Shown here: one piece after another, positions 57,797 to 64,000 of the stretch
Numbering within the stretch: position 1 is the stretch's first letter
Layout: each line of letters begins with the position of its first letter
From: Stegostoma tigrinum
Lineage: Eukaryota
Direction of reading: 5' to 3'
NCBI RefSeq assembly: GCF_030684315.1
Contig: NC_081380.1
Location: 34,870,705-34,934,704 of the forward strand
DNA: 64,000 bases
The notes under the pieces: generated by a model
What the model was told of the DNA's origin: nothing
The model's database searches: none
Seen by the model: only the letters and a program-made list of their open reading frames with translations
Program-made: the position numbers and the translations under genes

Positions 57797-60700
57797 CTGT
57801 GGAGGAAAATAAACTTTCAAAACATGTAGATTGACAATGCGGTGTACAGTGACAAGAGGAATCTTTCATGGCAATAGCTGTTGGAACTTTGTTTCAGATT
57901 TCTTTATCGTCACTTGGAAGATACATGGGCCAAAGCAGGACCAGGTTGGGGGGAGTAGAGGAGATCAATCAAGATGCTATGATTAGCCCACTGCACACTC
58001 TGAGCATACACCACAGCTAGCCTGAACCATATCTCACCATCTTCAGATGTTGCATGCACCAAATTAAAACCTTTCTGAATTGTAAAGGTTTTTCTTTCTC
58101 AGGCAAGAAATAGAAGGCCAAGTTGCACTATTTTCTCATCCTCATGTAAGCTACACTTCAGGACTCCTCTTTCAGAGTTTGGCAGTTGTATAACCTGGTT
58201 TCATGCGACTTCTGACTCGGTTTCACTTATATAGCTCATGGTTTTATTAAATAACCTGAAACCACAGCAATCTGATAGTCAGATACTCCGAGGTTCAGTG
58301 ACAGTTCTACCTCAGGAAAATGTGTGTTTTATTAGTAATTAGGATATGAGAGCTTGTTGGTAGGGTAATATTCATCATCAACTCATAGTTGCTTTGAAAA
58401 GATGATGCGGGCCTCCTCCAGGTTTGATACAGTCTAGTTTCTTGCTAGACTACTTAAACTATTAAGAACACAAGGACAAGAGTTATGCCAGTGGTTCAAT
58501 GGTTAGCACTGCTGTCTAACAGGTTTGATTCTGCCCTCAGATGACTGTCAATGTGGAGTTTGCACGTTCTCCCCGTGTCTGCACGGGCACCCTCTGGGGG
58601 CTCTGGTTTCGTCTCACAGTCCAAAGATGTGCAGGGTAGGTGGATTAGCTGTAGTAAAATTGTCCACAGTGTCCGGGGATGGGTGTGCTAGCCACAGGAA
58701 ATGCAGGGTTGGGTCTGGGTGGGATGCTCTTCAGAAGGTTGGTATGGGCTGAATGGCCTACTTCCACATTGTATGGATTCTATACTATGAGTGAATAGAC
58801 CATTCAGTCCCTCAAGTCTGTTCCACTAGGTAATGAAATCATGGCTTATTTGTGACCTTATATACCTGCCTTTGGCCTTTTGCTTCACAAAAATCTGTTT
58901 ACCTCAGACTTAAAACTAACAATGATCTAGCCATTTGTGGAACAGAATTCCAAACATTTACCACCATTTGTGTGTACTTTCTAAGATCTCTCCTGAATGG
59001 TCTGGCCCTAATTTTCAGACAATGCCCCCTAGTTCTCAAACTTCCAACCGATGGAAATGGTTCATCTTTATTCAGAGAACAATTACATTGGTGTAGGACG
59101 GGAGTCACATTTTGACGAAACCAGCCTCTACTCCCAGAGTTTTAAAATTGCATTCAAGTTCCCATGGTGAGACTGGAACTCACCTTCTCTAAACTTTTGG
59201 ATTTCCAGTGCATTAGCACAATCCACACATTGCTGAAAGCTCTCAAGCTCAGTCCTCTCTGTCTCTGCAACAAATATTTGTTTTTGTATTCGCTGTTGGG
59301 GTGTGGGCATTGCTGGCTAGACCAGCATTGATTGGTCATTCCTAATTGCTGTCAAGTAGATGGTGGTGAACTGCTGTTTGCAATCTCATTGAGGTGTATA
59401 GACTTCCACAGGGTTGTTAGGAAGTGAGTTCCAGGATGTCTGCATGGTGTGTGGCTTAGGGGAGCAGTCCAGACAGACAGACTAGGGTATACAACTAGGT
59501 TGCAACTTTGAATGGGAACTAGCATTATGGCTTAACCCCTCGATGGTCCTGTGCAGTTGATGGGGCAATTGGCTAAGCTTTCAAGATGTCAGGTAAGAAT
59601 GTAGAACTCCAGAAATGCCGACCTGTGGGGCTCTTGCACAAGCCTATTTGATTTGGGCTGCTTTGGTTTTCACTGCCATAGACAAAGACGTCTTGTCGGA
59701 AAGGAGATGCTATGGATGGCTGATTACCCTGTACACAAAGAGAAAGTGTAAACCAGTTAGGCACGTGATATAATAATGATCAGTAAGTTGTACTCTACCA
59801 TGCATTTACTCAATAGCTGTAAGAATCATAATGAGGCTATCAGCATCTACAGTGAGTATGGGGCAAATTGAAATCCTAGCATTCTCACACACACAGTTCA
59901 ACATAGAAGTTCAGAGGCTCCTTTTAGAGATTCTCTGCTCTTCCACAAGATGTACTGTTTCTCATTCTTGCCTAAAATGTTGTGCAGAAATCACTCTAAC
60001 AACATGAACTAGCCAACTAACTCCAGACTAAATGGGCTAAAAAATTAGGGCTGATACACTTAAGAGCAGATGAGTCTTTAATGATGTAAGAAGTGATAAT
60101 TATTGCTCAATAATCACTCTGCCCTGAAAAATTCACAGGATGCCTCATTTCCTTAGAGGAATATTTGAAGTTACACAGAATTAATGCTTTGGACAAGAAT
60201 AATCATGCTGAACAAGCACCACTATATCAACAAATGCACAATGAGAATTAACCTCACCCCGAAACTGTGTACAGCTTTTCCCATGGCACTGCCTGTATAT
60301 ACTCACTGTGCTGGACTCATAGTCCTCCAAAGCTTCATTGTCTCCAGCCGTGCTGCTGAAACTACTTGTGCTCGATGAAGAACGGGAGATGTTGCCCTTG
60401 CCGTTCTCCTTGAGTTTGCTATAGGTCCTGGTGAAGAATGAAGAGAGTCAGCGTGAGAAGCTAGGGCCATGCCACCTTCCCCACTTGGGCGGAAAATCGG
60501 AGAGTGCTGTCAATGGTGGCTACAAACAGGATTTGAGGGTGAATGCCTGTGGGAAGTGAACTAGCCTCAAAAAGAAAAGGTGTATGAGCAACATACAGGG
60601 CGGCACGGTGTCTCAGTGGTTAGCACTGCTGCCTCACAGCACCAAGGACCCCAGGTTCGATTTCACCCTCGGGTGACTGTCTGTGTGGAGTTTGCACATT

Positions 60701-61698
60701 CTCCCTGTGTCTGTGTGGATTTCCTCCGGGTGCTCCAGTTTCCTCCCACAGTCCAAAGATACGCAGGCTAGGTGGATTGGCCATGCTAAATTGCCTGCAG
60801 TGTTCAGGGATGTGTACATTAGTTTGGTTATAGGGGGATGGGTCTGGGTGGGATGCAGTGTGGGCTTGTTTCCACACTGTAGGGATGCTATGAATATACA
60901 TGGCTACAGCATTAGCAGATTGGAAGGGACATGTATCTGGTGTTTGGGAACATAAATCAGCATGGGAATCAAGGGTTATGGGGAAAAGGCAGGAATGTGG
61001 AGTTGAGGATTTTCAGATCAGCCCTGATTCTATTGAATGGTGGAGCAGGCTCAACGGGCCTATTTCTTATGGTATTATGGCCTAAGACTGAAAGGAGACT
61101 TTTCATAGAGCTGTTCAAGAACATGAGGGCTCCAGATAGAGAGGGAGGTAGGAAGAAATAGTCCTCACTTGCGAAAGCTTTAGGAATGAGAGGCCGCAGA
61201 TTTAAATAATTAGCAAAGGAAGCAAGAACAATACAAGGATAGGCTTTTTTGATGCAATGAACAGTTAAGATCTGGAATGCATTGTTTGTAAGTGTTACAA
61301 AGGTGGCAATTAAACTGTCATCAGAAAAGGGAGAATGTGTAAGGCTATGGGCAGGAGGCAGGTTGATAGCACTGAACAACTGCTCGTTTGGACAGCGAGG
61401 TAGGGACAAAATGGGCCAAATGACCTCCCTGGGCATTGCAATGATACTAAGAACTTCTGGCTGCATTTCCTACTGCGAAGCGTGTCATTAAAGGTGCAGT
61501 TCAGATCCAAACATCAATGAAAATGTCAAGAGAGGAGTGTCCTTGTGTTACTCCTGGCATTTTACACTGCACTGTGAAGATTACCTGTCTTTGTTGGGAC
61601 CCATTTCAGGAGAGCTTGGATTGGACGACGTTTCCCATCTGACGTCCGATGAGATCTGACTACTTTCAGGTGTCTTCGACAAACTCGAGAGACTTTCG
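57720..61698 (-). CDS. RAP1GAP2: Rap1 GTPase-activating protein 2-like, C-terminal exons 61698-61585, 60427-60307, 59728-59623, 57796-57720 (5' part outside window; terminal exon unresolved)
   Basis: The spliced peptide ..KTPESSQISSDVRWETSSNPSSPEMGPNKDRTYSKLKENGKGNISRSSSSTSSFSSTAG..GNQPSIASPFRQDVFVY..KSPTDTAKCKTSPRTTLKFRFDKL matches the recalled RAP1GAP2 C-terminus (ETSSNPSSPE, KLKENG, ISRSSSSTSS, SPFKQEVFVY, LKFRFDKL). Phases are consistent (2,0,1). Confidence 0.88.
58487..58790 (+). mobile_element. HE1-like V-SINE
   Basis: Same core as the 60597 copy. Confidence 0.8.
58790..59070 (-). mobile_element. CR1 3' fragment
   Basis: RTRGHCLKIRARPF motif. Confidence 0.75.
59623..59728 (-). CDS. 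RAP1GAP2: RAP1GAP2-like exon (GNQPSIASPFRQDVFVYGSENQSSPNQIGLCKSPT)
   Basis: Acceptor tgtacag and a weak donor gtcggc; lies within ORF 59573-59764. Confidence 0.87.
60307..60427 (-). CDS. RAP1GAP2: RAP1GAP2-like exon (TYSKLKENGKGNISRSSSSTSSFSSTAGDNEALEDYESST)
   Basis: Acceptor ttcaccag and donor gtgagt on the minus strand. Confidence 0.9.
60597..60890 (+). mobile_element. HE1-like tRNA-derived V-SINE
   Basis: A box TGTCTCAGTGG, B box GGTTCGATTTC, V-domain core (GTGTGGAGTTTGCACATTCTCC..TTTCCTCCCACAGTCCAAAGA). Confidence 0.88.
61585..61698 (-). CDS. RAP1GAP2: RAP1GAP2-like exon (ESLSSLSKTPESSQISSDVRWETSSNPSSPEMGPNKD)
   Basis: Acceptor tctccgacag and donor gtaatc on the minus strand. Confidence 0.9.
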
Positions 61699-61859
61699 CT
61701 GTCGGAGAAAAATGCAAGTCAATATGTCAGTGCCGCAGCTTGAGAGCATTCTTCCTGTACATTTATGTTACGTTAGTGACACTGAAAATCTTGGTCTTAT
61801 CTCCTGGTGCAATGAAATCAATTCCTTATACACTCCAAACAAATGGTACATTCATAGCT

Positions 61860-62060
61860 AAAGAAGAAAACTGAAAGAACTGTGGATACTGGAAATCAGA
61901 AACAAAAGCAGAGATTGCTGGGAAAACTCAGCAGTTCGGCAGCATCTGTGGAGAGAAACCGGAGTTAATGTTTCGGGTCCAGCGACCTGTCTTCAGAACA
62001 GTTCTCCAGAACTGATTTCTCTTCACAGGTACCACCGGGCCTGCTGAGTTTTCCCCAGCA
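61860..62060. mobile_element. Fold-back pseudo-LTR insertion with hammerhead core on the minus strand (61964-61996)
   Basis: Minus strand reads GTT-CTGAAGA-C-AGGTC-GCTG-GACCC-GAAAC-ATT-AAC. Confidence 0.75.
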
Positions 62061-63102
62061 ATGTGCATTCATCATTGCCTGGCTTTGGCACAAGTCAGGT
62101 TTTGCTCTGTGTGAAAGTTGACCTATAGAAGGATCTACCCAATAGGAATGGAGGAGAGCATAAGTATCAAAACAGACCATGGCCTGTTTCTGTGGTTGAA
62201 AAACTCTGTCTTGTTCCGTGCAATTGCAGTCTTTCCCTGCTATAATAGAGCTATAATTGGTGCAGGTTACCAAGATTAAGGAACCCTTTATGTGAAACGT
62301 AAGACAGCTACCACAAAAGAGCAAAGCCTGACTGTGGGAAAGGACATGAGGGTAATCCTTCCTGCTTGGAGAGCAGTAATGTGATCTTATCTGCTTTCTC
62401 TAGTATTTAAATGAAACATATCTCTTTGACAGTGTCAAATGCATTATCCCACCCAAGTTCTAGGTCTTCCATTAAATGTATGCATCAGCAACTTGCATTT
62501 ATCTAGCACCCTTGACCTAAAAATCCAATCCAAGGCATTTCATAGGAAATGTAATACCAGGACTGGTCACTGAAAGCTTGGTCAAAGGGGTGAGTCTTAA
62601 GGCATATCTTAAATGAGAAGAGGGTCAGCAATTTAGGAATGGAATTTCAGAGTTTAGGGCCTTGATTGTTCATGGAATGGCTGCTAATGATGAAGAGAAG
62701 GGAATCTGCAGAAGAAAGCACTGCAAGCAAAGTGGAGTCGAGGCTGAAATGAGATCAGCGATGATGGTATGAAATGGTGCAGCAGGCTTGCTCCTAGTTC
62801 TTATGTTCTTATATTGTAGGTATGCAGAGATTGCAAAAGGTTCTTAGACTACAGAGAGAGGAATGAGCAAAACCACTGGAAAGTTTTGGTAATATGGACA
62901 ATAATATTTAAATTAAGGACTTGTTAATCAGCACATCGACACAGAAGTCCACCAAAGGACACGGACACTGAAGAGGTTACATATATGGTAACTCATCCAG
63001 TAATATCGCTTACCAGAATTAACCTTCCATGGTACCTATTAATAGCAGAGTCTTCTCTGGCCATTAGACTTGGGCTGCTTGGATTTATAAATAGAGGAAC
63101 TT

Positions 63103-63425
63103 CATAGAATCCCTACAGTGTGGAAACAGGTCCTTTGGCCCAACAAGTCAACACTGACCCTCAGAGCATCCCACCCAGATCCATCCCGCTATAACCTATT
63201 TAATCTACACATCTCTGAACACCACGGGCAATTTTGCATGGCCAATCCACCTAGCCTGCATATCTTTGGACTATGGGAGGAAGCCGGAGCACCCAGGGGA
63301 AACCCACACAGACACAGGAAGAATATGCAAACTCCACACACGCAGTCACCTGAGGCTGGAATTGAGCCCAGGTCCCTGATGCTATAAGGCAGCAGTGCTA
63401 ACTACTGAGCCACTGTGCCACCCAG
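63103..63425 (-). mobile_element. HE1-like V-SINE
   Basis: Same core as the 60597 copy. Confidence 0.85.
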
Positions 63426-64000
63426 GAACAGAATATAACAAGAAAGCTAGCATTGCTAGGGCTTGATCGTCCATGATTAGTCCTTAGTAGGGGTATTGTG
63501 GAGCATCCTAGGTATGAGAATTTCAGGAATGATGTAAAGACATTAGAAAGGATACCAGATGTCATCAGGGATGAAGGATTTTAGCCAAAACGGAGGGAGT
63601 TGGAACTAAAGAACTTAGAAGAGAGTACAGTACCACGGGGAAACAGGCCCTTCGGCCCACCATGTCTGTGCTGACCATGATGTCACTCTAAACTAATCCC
63701 ATTTCCCTGCACATGGTCCCCTATATCCCTGTATTCCCTGTCTGTTCACATGTCTGTGTAAATACCTCTTGAACATATTATCAAGAAAATAAGAGGATTT
63801 CAGAGAGTAAAACAGGGAATAAATAGTTTTAAAATCATTGGAACTGCAGCTACAGAGAAGGTGAAGCAAAATGGTATTATTCAGAGAATATTTACATCTC
63901 AATGTTCTACCTGAAAAGATGCAAGTTGATTCCCTCAATAACTTTAATAGGGAGTTGAATGAGTAGAGTCATAAAGTCATAGAGCTGTACAGCGTGGAAT

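Noticed and set aside
60597-60670. tRNA gene-like A and B boxes (also at 9585, 18095 and 41095)
   Set aside because: They continue into SINE bodies and occur as dispersed decayed copies, so they are SINE heads rather than tRNA genes.
4507-62060. CRISPR-like or MITE interpretation of the recurring palindromic repeats
   Set aside because: Eukaryotic context, dispersed rather than arrayed, variable TSD length and direct homology to a Penelope terminus.

Overview
Vertebrate genomic DNA, inferred to be a cartilaginous fish (shark) from its repeat content: HE1/V-SINEs, Deu-domain SINEs, dense CR1 LINEs and Penelope-like elements. Three spliced genes can be rebuilt by hand from GT-AG sites and intron phases. 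(1) The 3' five coding exons of EXO5 (+, 54-6013). (2) A complete 8-exon tapasin-family gene (+, 15748-30859, 435 aa). It has a TAPBPR-like ectodomain, a KKxx ER-retrieval tail, no unpaired lumenal Cys, no transmembrane Lys, and an ISRE just upstream of the ATG. It probably belongs to the third, non-mammalian tapasin-like lineage. (3) The 3' exons of a RAP1GAP2-like gene (-, 57720-61698). The rest is largely mobile DNA. The most striking non-genic signal is about 19 short Penelope pseudo-LTR-derived insertions. Many keep recognisable minimal hammerhead-ribozyme motifs, many are fold-back (inverted) units, and many are flanked by 9-17 bp target-site duplications. Two longer decayed Neptune-type Penelope elements are their likely parents. 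Most ORF-track entries are spurious or TE fragments. Repeat boundaries are approximate, and all family assignments come from recalled motifs, not database searches.
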